Origin: Candidatus Eiseniibacteriota bacterium | GTDB taxonomy: Bacteria; Eisenbacteria; RBG-16-71-46 | Direction: 5' to 3' | DNA: 64,000 nucleotides | NCBI GenBank assembly: GCA_963744995.1 | Contig: CAVUWA010000011.1 | Location: forward strand, 224,001 to 288,000 | In this document: piece after piece, positions 19,472 to 29,028 of the stretch | Position numbering within the stretch: position 1 is the stretch's first letter | How the letters are laid out: each line of letters starts with the position of its first letter | Translations under genes and position numbers: made by a program | The notes under the pieces: generated by a model | Told to the model about the DNA's origin: nothing | The model's database searches: none | Seen by the model: the letters and a program-made list of their open reading frames with translations, nothing else

Positions 19472-20035
19472 TCAGCCGCTTGCGCGTTCGATGAATTCGC
19501 CGGTACGCGTGTCGATCTTCACGCGGTCGCCGGGAAGGATGTACTGCGGCACGCGGATTTCGATTCCGGTCTCCATGGTGGCCGGCTTCGGTGAAGCCGC
19601 CGCCGTCGAGCCCTTGATGTTCGGCGTCGTGTCCTGGACCGTCAGCTCGACGAACGTCGGCAGATCGACGCCCACCACGCGGCCCTCGAAGTACGACGCC
19701 TCGATCACCATGCCTTCGGTCAGGTAGCCGACGGCGTCGCCGAGCACGTCCTTGTCGAGCGCCATCATCTCGAACGACTCGGTGTTCATGAAGTGGAACT
19801 CGTCGCCCGCCCGGTAGCTGAACTGCAGCTTGTGCTGATCCAGGCTGGCGCGGTCGACCTTGTCTTCGGACGAGAACCGGTGGTCGGTCTTCGATCCGTT
19901 CATGATGTTGACCAGGGTCGCCTGCACGAAACCGCGCAGGTTTCCCGGGGTGCGATGCAGCACGTTCGCCACGCGATACGGTTTCCCGTCGTGCATGATG
20001 ACCATGCCGACCCTCATTTGTGTGGCTTGGATCAC
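19472..20035 (-). CDS. efp: translation elongation factor P (PGNLR loop variant)
   Basis: FHFMNTESFE and KPATMETG...VPQYI...KIDTRTGEFIER motifs; loop HRTPGNLRG. Confidence 0.93.
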   Translation of the reverse strand: MIQATQMRVGMVIMHDGKPYRVANVLHRTPGNLRGFVQATLVNIMNGSKTDHRFSSEDKVDRASLDQHKLQFSYRAGDEFHFMNTESFEMMALDKDVLGDAVGYLTEGMVIEASYFEGRVVGVDLPTFVELTVQDTTPNIKGSTAAASPKPATMETGIEIRVPQYILPGDRVKIDTRTGEFIERASG

Positions 20036-20214
20036 GGCGCACTCCTCATCGAGCGGGTCTCAGGTCCCAAAGGGTTCGAGCGGTCGCTCCCGGGCGCGAG
20101 GGAAACGCGTGCGCCGGAGCGACCGGGGAGTGTGCCCGACGCGCTGCCGCCCGCGCAAACCCGCCGTCGCCCGGCGCGGGCCGGCCGCGACCGCCCCCAC
20201 CGTTGACCCGAACG

Positions 20215-20248
20215 GGAACGGGCCCCTCCCTGCGGCGGGGCCCGTTCC
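20215..20248 (-). terminator. terminator-like hairpin after metalloprotease paralog 1
   Basis: ggaacgggcccc/ggggcccgttcc 12-bp inverted repeat. Confidence 0.65.
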
Positions 20249-20277
20249 GGACTGCGATCGCATCGCGGGCGCCCGAC

Positions 20278-23013
20278 CTACGGACCAAAGGACTCGATCG
20301 CGTGGCCGCCGCCCCCATCGCTGCGGGAGGGCATGTCCGCCACGCGCTGCGCCTCGGTCGCCCGCTTGATGCGCGCCCGCGCCTCGAGCAGGTGCGCGCG
20401 GGTGTTGTCGCCGAGACCCGACAACGCCAGCGCCTGACGCGCACGGCTGTCGATCCGCTCGAGCTGCAGGCGGGCGAGCGCGCGGGCGTCGTCCGGCGCG
20501 CGCGGATCGGGATCCACCATGATCGAGGCCAGCCGGTCCACGTACATGCGCTGCAGCGTGCGCCGCGTGTTCGGTCCCTCCAGCTTCGCCATGCCCGGCC
20601 CCATCGCGCCGTCCACCTCGCCCCAGATGGCGTCGGTGAGCAGGCGGAAGTGTTCCTTCAACGTGTACGGGTTCGCCGTGCGGTTCTCGCCTTCGCGGAC
20701 CCGCGCGAGCAGCATGGGTGCGGTCACCGCATTGAGGACGTTGTGCTGGATCGCGCCGACGATGTCGTCGAGGTTGTAGTCCACGCGCGCCGTCGGTGAG
20801 AACTCCGGCGGCAGACCCCAGTGCGCCCAGCGATCCGGCGCCAGGCGGTTGAGCAGCGACGGCGCCACTTCGAACGCGTCGGCAGCGAACGCGCGCTTCG
20901 CCAGGAACGCCATCGCCTCGCGCTGCTTCGCCGCCGGCACCGGGCGCAGCGGATCCACCTCGTCCGGCTGGCCGTGGCGGTTGCGCGACACGTACGCGCC
21001 GCCCATGTTCTTGACCGCGAGGCCGAGGGTGATCGCGTACTGCCCGAGCAGCACGTTCATCGCCCGGCGCAGCACCGGGTAGTCGCCGTAATCGCCGATG
21101 ATGCGCGACTCGAACTGATCGTTCTTCCACAGGCTCGCGATGTAGTCGCCACGATCCTGCGCGTACTTGAGCGGATCGTCGCCGAGGTCCCAGATGTTGG
21201 TACGCGGGTCCATCGCCCCGGCCGGATAGGTGTCGAGGTCGTTCGAGTACTCGTGGCCGGGCTCGTTCGATTCGTCCGCGATGCGACGCGCGAACTGGTA
21301 GTCGGCCGCGATGTCGTCCGAACCGGACGGCTGATACGCGTAGCGGATGGCCCAGAGGTCGTAGGTGCCCACGGTCGAGCCGTAGTACTCGCCCTGGGGT
21401 TCGCCCTTCACCGCAATGTTCGGCGCGGCGTAGTCCATCACCGAGCCGGTGAGGCCGTGCGAGCCGGTCCAGGCCTTGTCCTGGAGTTCCGCATACGGCG
21501 TGGAGGTGCTGGAGCGGAAGTTGTGGTAGAGGCCGAGCGAGTGGCCGACCTCGTGCATCGTCACCCACATGAGCCCGTTGCCCAGGTACTCATCGGGGAC
21601 CGGGCTGCCGGGCGGCATCGCGCCCTTCATCAGCAGGTCCATGTGCAGCAGCGATCCGCCGTCGGCGAGGCCGTTCTGCGCCATGCACATGTGATCGAGC
21701 GGCAGGAACGACGGCAGCTCGGGCAGCTGCGGCGTCACCCCCCCGGCGATCGCGGTCGGGCCGGCGTAGCGCCGGTAGTTGTTGCGGAAGCTCTGGATGA
21801 ACGAGTCCTCGACCAGCACGTCGGCGTCGAAGATCTCACCGGTGCGCGGGTCGACGCGCGACGGTCCGATCGCGCCGAACGACGGCGTGGAGGAGGTGAT
21901 CCAGCGCACGGTGCTGTAGCGCACGTCCTCGGCGTCCCAGTCGGGATCCTCTTCCTCGGTCGGCGCGTCCTTCGCGATGATCGCGTTCTTGAAACCCGCC
22001 GCCTCGAACGCCTTCTGCCAGTTCTCGATGCCCTTGCGGATCCAGGGGCGGTACTCCTCCGGAATCGTGCGATCGAGGTAGAACACGATCGGCTTCACCG
22101 GTTCCGACACTTCGGCGGTCGGATCCTTCTTTTCGAGGCGCCAGCGATTCACGTAGCGCACGAAGAAGTTCTCGTCCCGGTCGCGGGAGAAGTCCTTCAT
22201 TACCGTCATGAAATTGCCGACCCGGTTGTCGGCGAGCCGCGGCTCCATCGGTACTTCGGGCAACGCGCAAAGCGAGTAGTGCATCTTGATCGGGATGTAG
22301 CGCGAGTCCGGCACCGTGTGGAAGTCGGCCGCGTTGCGGTTGGAAGGCGTGTAGGTCAGCAGCGCCTCGATCTCGAGGTTCCGGGGGAACGCCTTCGTCT
22401 GCGTCATCGTCGAGCGGCTCTTGTCGAACCGCACCGGGCCGTGGAACACCTGCTGCATGAACGACGAGATGTCGGTGAGGTCGCTCACGAAGACCTCGGT
22501 CATGTCCACGAGCATCGCGGCGCCGGAGTCCCGCTCGCTCTCGATCTTGAGCGACGCGAGCACCGAGTTGCCCAGCGACAGGTGCATCGCCTTCTCGTAG
22601 GCCGAGCCCTTGGGCGCGGTAAACAGCTGATTCTTGTCCAGCAGCAGCAGGTTGTTGCCGTTGCGCTGGAAGCACAGCAGCCGGTCGTTGACGGGCAGGC
22701 CACCGAGGATGAAGTAGCTGCCCATCCCCTGGGCCAGACTGAACACGCCGAGGAAATCCTGATCGAGCTGCTCCTTCTTCACCTCGAAGAGGACCTTGTC
22801 GGGCCCTTCGTACACCGTGAAGAGGCCTTCCTTCTTCTTCGTGTCCTTGGTCACGGTCGCCCATGGCTTGAACGGCCCCTTGTCGCCTTCGCCGGCGGCC
22901 GACTTGCCGCCTTTCGCGGAACGCGCCGGTGCGGCCATCGCCGCGGGCGCAGCGAGGAACGCCACGAGGCTGGTGCACAGCAACGCGCGCTGCAGTCGCT
23001 GAACTGGAGACAT
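20278..23013 (-). CDS. secreted zinc-dependent metalloprotease (DUF5117/EcxA-like met-zincin), paralog 1
   Basis: Sec signal ending AMA-A; HEVGHSLGLYHNF; SVMDY; colinear with 16693-19425. Confidence 0.9.
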   Translation of the reverse strand: MSPVQRLQRALLCTSLVAFLAAPAAMAAPARSAKGGKSAAGEGDKGPFKPWATVTKDTKKKEGLFTVYEGPDKVLFEVKKEQLDQDFLGVFSLAQGMGSYFILGGLPVNDRLLCFQRNGNNLLLLDKNQLFTAPKGSAYEKAMHLSLGNSVLASLKIESERDSGAAMLVDMTEVFVSDLTDISSFMQQVFHGPVRFDKSRSTMTQTKAFPRNLEIEALLTYTPSNRNAADFHTVPDSRYIPIKMHYSLCALPEVPMEPRLADNRVGNFMTVMKDFSRDRDENFFVRYVNRWRLEKKDPTAEVSEPVKPIVFYLDRTIPEEYRPWIRKGIENWQKAFEAAGFKNAIIAKDAPTEEEDPDWDAEDVRYSTVRWITSSTPSFGAIGPSRVDPRTGEIFDADVLVEDSFIQSFRNNYRRYAGPTAIAGGVTPQLPELPSFLPLDHMCMAQNGLADGGSLLHMDLLMKGAMPPGSPVPDEYLGNGLMWVTMHEVGHSLGLYHNFRSSTSTPYAELQDKAWTGSHGLTGSVMDYAAPNIAVKGEPQGEYYGSTVGTYDLWAIRYAYQPSGSDDIAADYQFARRIADESNEPGHEYSNDLDTYPAGAMDPRTNIWDLGDDPLKYAQDRGDYIASLWKNDQFESRIIGDYGDYPVLRRAMNVLLGQYAITLGLAVKNMGGAYVSRNRHGQPDEVDPLRPVPAAKQREAMAFLAKRAFAADAFEVAPSLLNRLAPDRWAHWGLPPEFSPTARVDYNLDDIVGAIQHNVLNAVTAPMLLARVREGENRTANPYTLKEHFRLLTDAIWGEVDGAMGPGMAKLEGPNTRRTLQRMYVDRLASIMVDPDPRAPDDARALARLQLERIDSRARQALALSGLGDNTRAHLLEARARIKRATEAQRVADMPSRSDGGGGHAIESFGP

Positions 23014-23266
23014 CGCTTGAACTCCTTAGCGTGGGTCGGTGACGGCGCGGCGCGCGTCGCGTGCGGACCGCGGCGGATGCGGCGGGCTCGACGCGCCGTC
23101 CTGATGAAGCCGGAATGCGGCGGAGAGGCTATCGCCGCAGGCGTGAACGCAGAATGGCGGCCCGACCGGCGCGGCAAATCCCGCCACCGGCGGGGCGACG
23201 CCCGGATGCGTGGCGCGATCCCTGCCGCGCCGGACTGCGCGCCTCCCGGGAGCCGGCCGGGAAGAC

Positions 23267-24046
23267 CTACATCATCTCCCTGAGCCGCGCGTAGCCGCTG
23301 CGACTCACCGGGATCTCGCGGCCGCCGCGCAGCACCACGACCCTGCTGTCCTTCGTGTACGTCTCGAGCCGCTCGATGCGCTCGAGGTTCACGACATACG
23401 AGCGGTGCACGCGCACGAAGCGTGACGGGTCGAGCGCGTCGGCGAGCTCCGAGAGGGTCTGGGTGCGAAGGTGCATCTTCCCTTCCACGTGGATGCCGAC
23501 GTAGTCGTCCTGCGCCTCGATGAAGTCCACGCGCGCGACCGGAAACACGAGCACCTGCGCACCGTCACGGATCAGGATCCGGTCCAGCCAGCGGCCCGGC
23601 GGGCGCGCCGCCGCAGCCAGCTGCGCCGCGGGTGGCGCGGGCGCGGGGGCGCCGTCCGCCGCGGCCCGGCGCCGTTCGCGCACGCGGGCGAGCGCCTCGG
23701 CCAGACGCTCGCGCCCGTAGGGCTTGAGCAGGTAGTCCACGGCGTTGACCTCGAACGCGCGCAACGCGTGCTCGTCGTAGGCGGTGACGAACACCACCGC
23801 CGGACCGGGATCGAGCAGCTCCAGCACCTCGAATCCGGTGAGCCGCGGCATCTGGATGTCGAGGAACACCAGATCGGGCCGCGCCTCGCCGATCGTCTTC
23901 ACCGCGGCGAAGCCGTCGCCGCACTCGCCCACCACCTCGACGTCGGCGTGCGCGCCCAGGTATTCGCGCAGCAGGGCGCGTGCGGGAGGCTCGTCGTCGA
24001 CGATCACCGCGCGCAGCCGCGCATCGGTCCGGGACGTCTCGTTCAT
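23267..24046 (-). CDS. LytTR-family response regulator
   Basis: IVDDE, FLDIQMP, VTAYD, DYLLKP; LytTR motif FVRVHRSYVVN. Confidence 0.93.
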   Translation of the reverse strand: MNETSRTDARLRAVIVDDEPPARALLREYLGAHADVEVVGECGDGFAAVKTIGEARPDLVFLDIQMPRLTGFEVLELLDPGPAVVFVTAYDEHALRAFEVNAVDYLLKPYGRERLAEALARVRERRRAAADGAPAPAPPAAQLAAAARPPGRWLDRILIRDGAQVLVFPVARVDFIEAQDDYVGIHVEGKMHLRTQTLSELADALDPSRFVRVHRSYVVNLERIERLETYTKDSRVVVLRGGREIPVSRSGYARLREMM

Positions 24047-25164
24047 GCCGTACCTCCGGGCGCCGTGACGGCGGCGTCCGCCGTTTCGGTCGCAGGGAGC
24101 GTCAGGTCCACTCGATATTCGTCGCCATCGTGCACGGCGCTCAGGCGTCCGTGGCGCGGCGCCACGGTCTGCAGGCGGCGGCGCACGTTCTCGAGCCCGA
24201 GGCCCTGCCCCGGCCGCGGCGTGGCGTCCGCGTCGCACGGGTTCACGATCCGGATCCGCAGCAGCTCGCCGTCGCGGCGTGCCGCGATGCGGACCTCGCC
24301 GCCCTCGACCCGCTCGGAGACCCCGTGCTTCACCGCGTTCTCGACCAGCGGCTGCAGCACCAGCGGCGGCACCAGGCACCGCGCCGCATCCTCGCTCACG
24401 TCCACCACGCTGCTCAAGCGTGCGCCGAAGCGAACGCGCTCGATGCCGAGGTAGCGCTCGACCAGCGCGACTTCTTCGTCGAGCGGCACCTGGTGGCGAG
24501 CCGCGAGCGCCAGCGTGCGGCGCAGGAAGTCGCCCAGCCCCTCGCACATGCGGCGCGCGCCCTCGGGGTCGCTGCCGACGAGGGCATTGATCGAGTTCAG
24601 GCTGTTGAACAGGAAGTGCGGGTTGAGCTGCGCTCTCAGGGCACGCAGCTCGGCGTCGCGGGCGATGACCTGGGCTTCGAGCACGCGACGCTCCGCCGCC
24701 CGCGAGGACTCGAACGCGATGATCAGGTAGTGGGCGGCCGCCGAGGCGAGGTAGAGCGGCACGCCTGCCGTCACGAACACGGTGAATGCGTGCGCGTGAA
24801 TTCGGGCCGCCTCGAGCGCGCCGTGCGCCGCGTCCGCTCCCGGCGCGGCGAGCAGCGCTTCGGTGATCCGGCCCCACAGCGTCGCCATCACGCCCCAGGC
24901 GAAGCTCGACACGACGGCGGCGCCGAGCAGCATCGCGAGCACGCGGGTGACGGGCGTGCGGCCGAGCGGCGCGGCGCGGCACACCCACCACGCCGACAGG
25001 CCTATGAAGGCGTACAGGAACGCCATCGGCACCGTGTCGACAGCGGCGCGGGCGAGCGGGCGGCCGGTGGTGACCGTGAGCACCGCGGCGAGCAGCGCGC
25101 CCACCGCGAGCCACGAGACCAGGTAGAGCGTCAGCCGCAGCCGGTTCGAGAGGATCGGATGCAT
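24043..25164 (-). CDS. LytS-family sensor histidine kinase
   Basis: ELRALRAQLNPHFLFNSLN, LQPLVENAVKHG and GLGLENVRRRL; N-terminal TMs. Confidence 0.93.
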   Translation of the reverse strand: MHPILSNRLRLTLYLVSWLAVGALLAAVLTVTTGRPLARAAVDTVPMAFLYAFIGLSAWWVCRAAPLGRTPVTRVLAMLLGAAVVSSFAWGVMATLWGRITEALLAAPGADAAHGALEAARIHAHAFTVFVTAGVPLYLASAAAHYLIIAFESSRAAERRVLEAQVIARDAELRALRAQLNPHFLFNSLNSINALVGSDPEGARRMCEGLGDFLRRTLALAARHQVPLDEEVALVERYLGIERVRFGARLSSVVDVSEDAARCLVPPLVLQPLVENAVKHGVSERVEGGEVRIAARRDGELLRIRIVNPCDADATPRPGQGLGLENVRRRLQTVAPRHGRLSAVHDGDEYRVDLTLPATETADAAVTAPGGTA

Positions 25165-25907
25165 CAGCCGTTCTTGATCTCGACGCCGCCCATCATCACG
25201 AACCCCTTGAGACGCAGCGTGCTCGTGCCCACCGGCGCCACGCTCTTGCGATCGTCCTCCACCGCGCCCATCACCGCCTGCACGTCGTTGATCACCGTCC
25301 AGTCGTCGGGAACGGTCACCTCGAGCCCGCCCATGACCACCAGCACCTCGACTTCCGCGCCCTCCGGCACCGCCCGCGCGCCGCGCAGGTCCAGCTCGCC
25401 GCCGCCCATGACGGCGGTGAAGTCACCGCCGCGTAGCGCCTGCGACGTGGACTTGCGGTCCACGCCGGACCAGACGGCGACACAGCTGAACGTATCGGAG
25501 TCGGCAGGGCCGCCCGCATCGGCGACCCGCTCCGTGCCGTAGACCCGGACATTGCGGTGCCGCCACCGCCGGCCCGGGCCCCGCGCCGAGCGCCAGACGA
25601 TCAGCCCGCCGAGCGCGATCAGGAACAGCGGCCACGCGTCCGCGGCGTCCCAGCGGAACAGGTCGAACTGGTCGATCGAAAACAGCACCCCGAGCAGCAG
25701 GAAGATCGTGCCCGCCGTCGGCCGCCGCGGCGTCCCGAAGCCGATCAGCTTGCTGAGGCCGACCGCGATGAAGATCAGCGGCCAGAAGCGGATGATCCGC
25801 TCCGCGTCGATCATCCCCGCGTTGTCGAGCGTCCACAGCACGCCGAGCGTGACCAGCACCAGCCCGAACCACAGACGGGCGCCGAAATGGACCCGCGAGC
25901 TAGGCAC
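25164..25907 (-). CDS. LiaF-like membrane protein (DUF5668 TM region plus C-terminal adhesin-like domain)
   Basis: GLVLVTLGVLWTLDN...WPLIFI; AVMGGGELDL and VMGGLEVTVP repeats. Confidence 0.8.
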   Translation of the reverse strand: MPSSRVHFGARLWFGLVLVTLGVLWTLDNAGMIDAERIIRFWPLIFIAVGLSKLIGFGTPRRPTAGTIFLLLGVLFSIDQFDLFRWDAADAWPLFLIALGGLIVWRSARGPGRRWRHRNVRVYGTERVADAGGPADSDTFSCVAVWSGVDRKSTSQALRGGDFTAVMGGGELDLRGARAVPEGAEVEVLVVMGGLEVTVPDDWTVINDVQAVMGAVEDDRKSVAPVGTSTLRLKGFVMMGGVEIKNG

Positions 25908-26205
25908 GCGCCACCTCCCGCTTCAGGCGCAGCAGCGCCCAGGCCGCCGTGGCTCCGGCCAGCACCGCCGCGGCGCCGAGTGTCAGCCACGGGGCGAACG
26001 CGCCGGCGAGCACGCGCACCACCCGCAGCGCGACGCCGATCATCTCGAGCCGCGCCGGCCAGTCGATGACCGGTCCCAGCACGAACAGCAGCAGCGTGTT
26101 CTCGACCGCGAGGAACAGCGCCGTCCCGCACAGCAGCAGTGCCAGCGCGGCGCGCGGCAGCCCGCCGCCCGCGGCGGCGCCGTTCCGCATCACCTGACTA
26201 CGCAT
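25900..26205 (-). CDS. small hypothetical membrane protein
   Basis: Overlaps both neighbours in the operon; GGAGG SD; hydrophobic. Confidence 0.6.
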   Translation of the reverse strand: MRSQVMRNGAAAGGGLPRAALALLLCGTALFLAVENTLLLFVLGPVIDWPARLEMIGVALRVVRVLAGAFAPWLTLGAAAVLAGATAAWALLRLKREVARA

Positions 26206-26587
26206 GAGGCTCACCTCCGGGGGCGGCGGCGTCCTGCGAGCCCTTGAACAACGGCTCCAGCAGCACGCGCGCCACGATGCTCAGACCGACCGCGACCAGC
26301 GCGAGCGGCCAGGAGTTGCTCCAGTCGAATCCGTACCAGTGGTTCACCGTCACCAGGAACCAGCCGCCGAACAGCACGAGCCCGAAGCCCGACCCGACGC
26401 TGTGCGCCGAGGACCAGAGGGCCATCCGGAACAGACCGAAGAGGATCACGATGTACGGCCACCACTCCCACGCCGGGCCCAGATGGACGATGTCGAACCG
26501 GCTCATGAGGAACAGCACGCCGAGCGCCACGAGCAGGAGCCCGAACAGCACGCCCTCGCGCGGATCCTTTTTCCTTCTCGATCTCAT
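26198..26587 (-). CDS. LiaI/LiaF-like (DUF5668) membrane protein
   Basis: GLLLVALGVLFL...WWPYIVI repeated TM motif. Confidence 0.75.
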   Translation of the reverse strand: MRSRRKKDPREGVLFGLLLVALGVLFLMSRFDIVHLGPAWEWWPYIVILFGLFRMALWSSAHSVGSGFGLVLFGGWFLVTVNHWYGFDWSNSWPLALVAVGLSIVARVLLEPLFKGSQDAAAPGGEPHA

Positions 26588-26668
26588 GGCTGCTGCCCTC
26601 GATGGGGCCGGCCCATCCGGCCCGACACACGCAAGTTACGGCCGTTCCCGCCGTGGTGCTGCAACGGA

Positions 26669-26722
26669 CCGGCGAACGGCCGCGGGGGGTCGGTGAATGA
26701 CGCCTCGGGCCCGGCGGACGGC
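26669..26722 (-). promoter_or_regulatory. putative LytTR binding array: three 12-bp direct repeats at 21-bp period
   Basis: ccggcgaacggc (26669), tcggtgaatgac (26690), ccggcggacggc (26711); minus strand reads GCCGTTCGCC; TAACTT -10-like element at 26638-26633. Confidence 0.6.
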
Positions 26723-26797
26723 GCCCGGCGGGCGACGGAACCGGGGCCGCGGCGGCAGCAGGCGCGGCCGGACGCGCTCCGCCGTCCGCCCCGGCCT

Positions 26798-27091
26798 TGC
26801 GCAGGATCGTGCGGCCGCGCCAACCCGCACCTGACGGTGGCCGGCGCCGCCGGCGCGGTGCCGGCCGGCGGCACGCTGCGCGTGCTGACCGGCGACTACG
26901 CCGAGACGATGGTGCTGTCGAACCCGATGGAGGTGCGCGACTACGGCGGCGCGGCCGTCATCGGCGCCGGCGCCGCACCCGCCGCGGCGTCGAGCGCCGA
27001 TCGTGACGCACCGCCGATCGAGGGCGACGGCGCGAACCGCGCCGCGCACGCAAACGCCCCGCAGGCGACCGCCACGAAAGCCGAGCGCTGA
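26798..27091 (+). pseudogene. orphan C-terminal fragment of a secreted-protein domain
   Basis: Reads GSCGRANPHLTVAGAAGAVPAGGTLRVLTGDYAETMVLSNPMEV..., resembling GSxxxPxxT/IxxG-Y-E beta-helix cap motifs; no credible start. Confidence 0.35.
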
Positions 27092-27147
27092 AGACGCCGG
27101 CGGGCGCGGTGGTGCCGTTCCGCCCCACCGCCTTGCCCGCGCCGGCC

Positions 27148-27627
27148 TCAGCCCTGCTTCACCGGTTTCCCGAACGCACGGCGCAGCATCGTGATCTGCC
27201 CGGCGTGGTAGAGCACGTGCTGGATCTGACCGTGGATGAGCACGTTCCAGCTGTGGTCGATGCGCGGCCGGCGGCGGCCCAGCTTCTTCACCGGAAAGCG
27301 CGCCACCTCGCGGCGGAAGCGCGCGTGCGTGCGCGCCAGCCGCCGCTTCGTCGCCTTCCAGGCCGCCGGGCTGGTCTTCGTCACGGGTGGGAAGTTCAGC
27401 TCCGGCGTGACCTGCACCGGCTGGCCGGCGAGGCGCTTCGCCACGATCTCGTTCCAGCTCGCGACGTGCTCGACCAGCGCCCAGATCGAGTGCATGCCGC
27501 GCTTCAGGCGCTTCGCCGCCATCACGGAACTGACGCCGTCGAGTGCCTCCAGCATCGAGGGCCCGTGCCAGGCCTTCGCCCGGTAGGCGCGGTCGATGAG
27601 ATCCAGGGTGCGCTGACGCTCCGCCAT
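27148..27627 (-). CDS. DinB family protein
   Basis: AWHGPS, HSIWALVEH and QHVLYHAGQI; SD GAGGAGG. Confidence 0.88.
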   Translation of the reverse strand: MAERQRTLDLIDRAYRAKAWHGPSMLEALDGVSSVMAAKRLKRGMHSIWALVEHVASWNEIVAKRLAGQPVQVTPELNFPPVTKTSPAAWKATKRRLARTHARFRREVARFPVKKLGRRRPRIDHSWNVLIHGQIQHVLYHAGQITMLRRAFGKPVKQG

Positions 27628-27753
27628 CGTTCAACCTCCTCGCTTTTCCGGCGCGTGCCGGAACGGATTCGCGTTACGGGGACGCCGGGCAGCGTAGCAC
27701 CGCCGGGGCGCGGTGCGTTGACAGCCGCCGGCAGCTTCGCTCTTATCCCGATC

Positions 27754-28239
27754 ATGTCAGCCGACGTGCGCCTGCGCGAAGTGATCGATGACGACGTGCC
27801 CGTGTTCTTCGAGCAGCAGAACGACCGGGTCGCATCGGACATGGCCGCCTTCCCGCGCCGCGACCGCGAGGCGCACGCGGCGCACTGGCGGAAGATCCGC
27901 GCCGACGCCACCTGTTGCGCGCGCACGATCCTCGAAGGCGATCGGGTCGCGGGCAACATCGGCTCGTTCGATCGCGACGGGCTGCGTCAGGTCGGTTACT
28001 GGCTGGGGCGCGCGTTCTGGAGCCGCGGCATCGGCACGCGGGCACTGGCGCTGTTTCTCGCTGAAGCCGAGCTCTCGCGGCCGCTCCATGCGTACGTCGT
28101 GAAACACAACGTCGGCTCGATCCGCGTGCTCGAAAAGAACGGCTTCGTGAAGCTGCGCGAGGAGACCGCGCCGCCGGATGAGAGCGGGGCGACGATCGTG
28201 GAGTTCCTGATGCGGCTGGAGGCCCCGGCAGGCCGCTGA
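27754..28239 (+). CDS. GNAT N-acetyltransferase (RimJ/RimL-like)
   Basis: VGYWLGRAFWSRGIGT and NVGSIRVLEKNGF. Confidence 0.9.
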   Translation: MSADVRLREVIDDDVPVFFEQQNDRVASDMAAFPRRDREAHAAHWRKIRADATCCARTILEGDRVAGNIGSFDRDGLRQVGYWLGRAFWSRGIGTRALALFLAEAELSRPLHAYVVKHNVGSIRVLEKNGFVKLREETAPPDESGATIVEFLMRLEAPAGR

Positions 28240-28338
28240 GGCGCGGAGCGTGGCCGGAGACCCGCCGGCGCAAATCTCCTCAGAGGACTCCCCCGGGCGC
28301 GCACGGCCCGATGCGGCGCGCGCCCCCGCTCGACCCGC

Positions 28339-29028
28339 CTACCTGTAGCGGACCTTGACCGACCCCCACGAAGCGCGACGCACCGGGACGGCGAGGTCGA
28401 ATCCGCGACACGAGACCACCGACACGCCCGCCGGCAGACCGCTGAAGCGGATGCGACCGACCTCGGTGAGATCCAGCCCGCCGGTCCCCACCTGGCGGTG
28501 GGTCCACAGGACGTGCTCCAGCGTCTCGGGCGTTCCGGCCATGATCGTCAGAGGTATCTGCAGCGTCGCGTGCAGTTCCTTCTGCGTCTCTCCGGTGCCG
28601 CTCACGATGCCCAGCGCCGCATGCAGCGTGTCGGCGTCACCGCCGTGCAGAAGTCGTGCGCCGAAAACCGATCCGCAGGCCAGATTCCCGCAATCCCCGA
28701 CCAGCACGGCGGTCACGTCCACCTGCAGCTCGGCGGTGCACGACACCGGCATCCCGTCCGGCACCCCGGTGACGTCGTAGGTATCGCGCGATTCGAGAAT
28801 CGTCGGATCCAGCCGGCAGCAGGCTCCGACCTCCAGCCGGCCGAGGGCCAGATCGTAGGCGACGTGGGAAGAACCGGCGGAGCCGTCCGTCGAGTCGTAG
28901 GCCGCGGCCGCCGTCTCGAACGGCGTCTTCGCCATGAACAGGATGCCGGTCTCCGGGCAGACGCCGGCGAACGCGGCGGCCGGCGGGACGGCGGCGAGCA
29001 GGGCGATGATGACGAGGGTGCGTTGCAC
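28339..29028 (-). CDS. secreted hypothetical protein with C-terminal SWGxxKxxYR motif
   Basis: GTG start with GGAGG SD; signal peptide; ends AVPVRRASWGSVKVRYR. Confidence 0.75.
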   Translation of the reverse strand: MQRTLVIIALLAAVPPAAAFAGVCPETGILFMAKTPFETAAAAYDSTDGSAGSSHVAYDLALGRLEVGACCRLDPTILESRDTYDVTGVPDGMPVSCTAELQVDVTAVLVGDCGNLACGSVFGARLLHGGDADTLHAALGIVSGTGETQKELHATLQIPLTIMAGTPETLEHVLWTHRQVGTGGLDLTEVGRIRFSGLPAGVSVVSCRGFDLAVPVRRASWGSVKVRYR

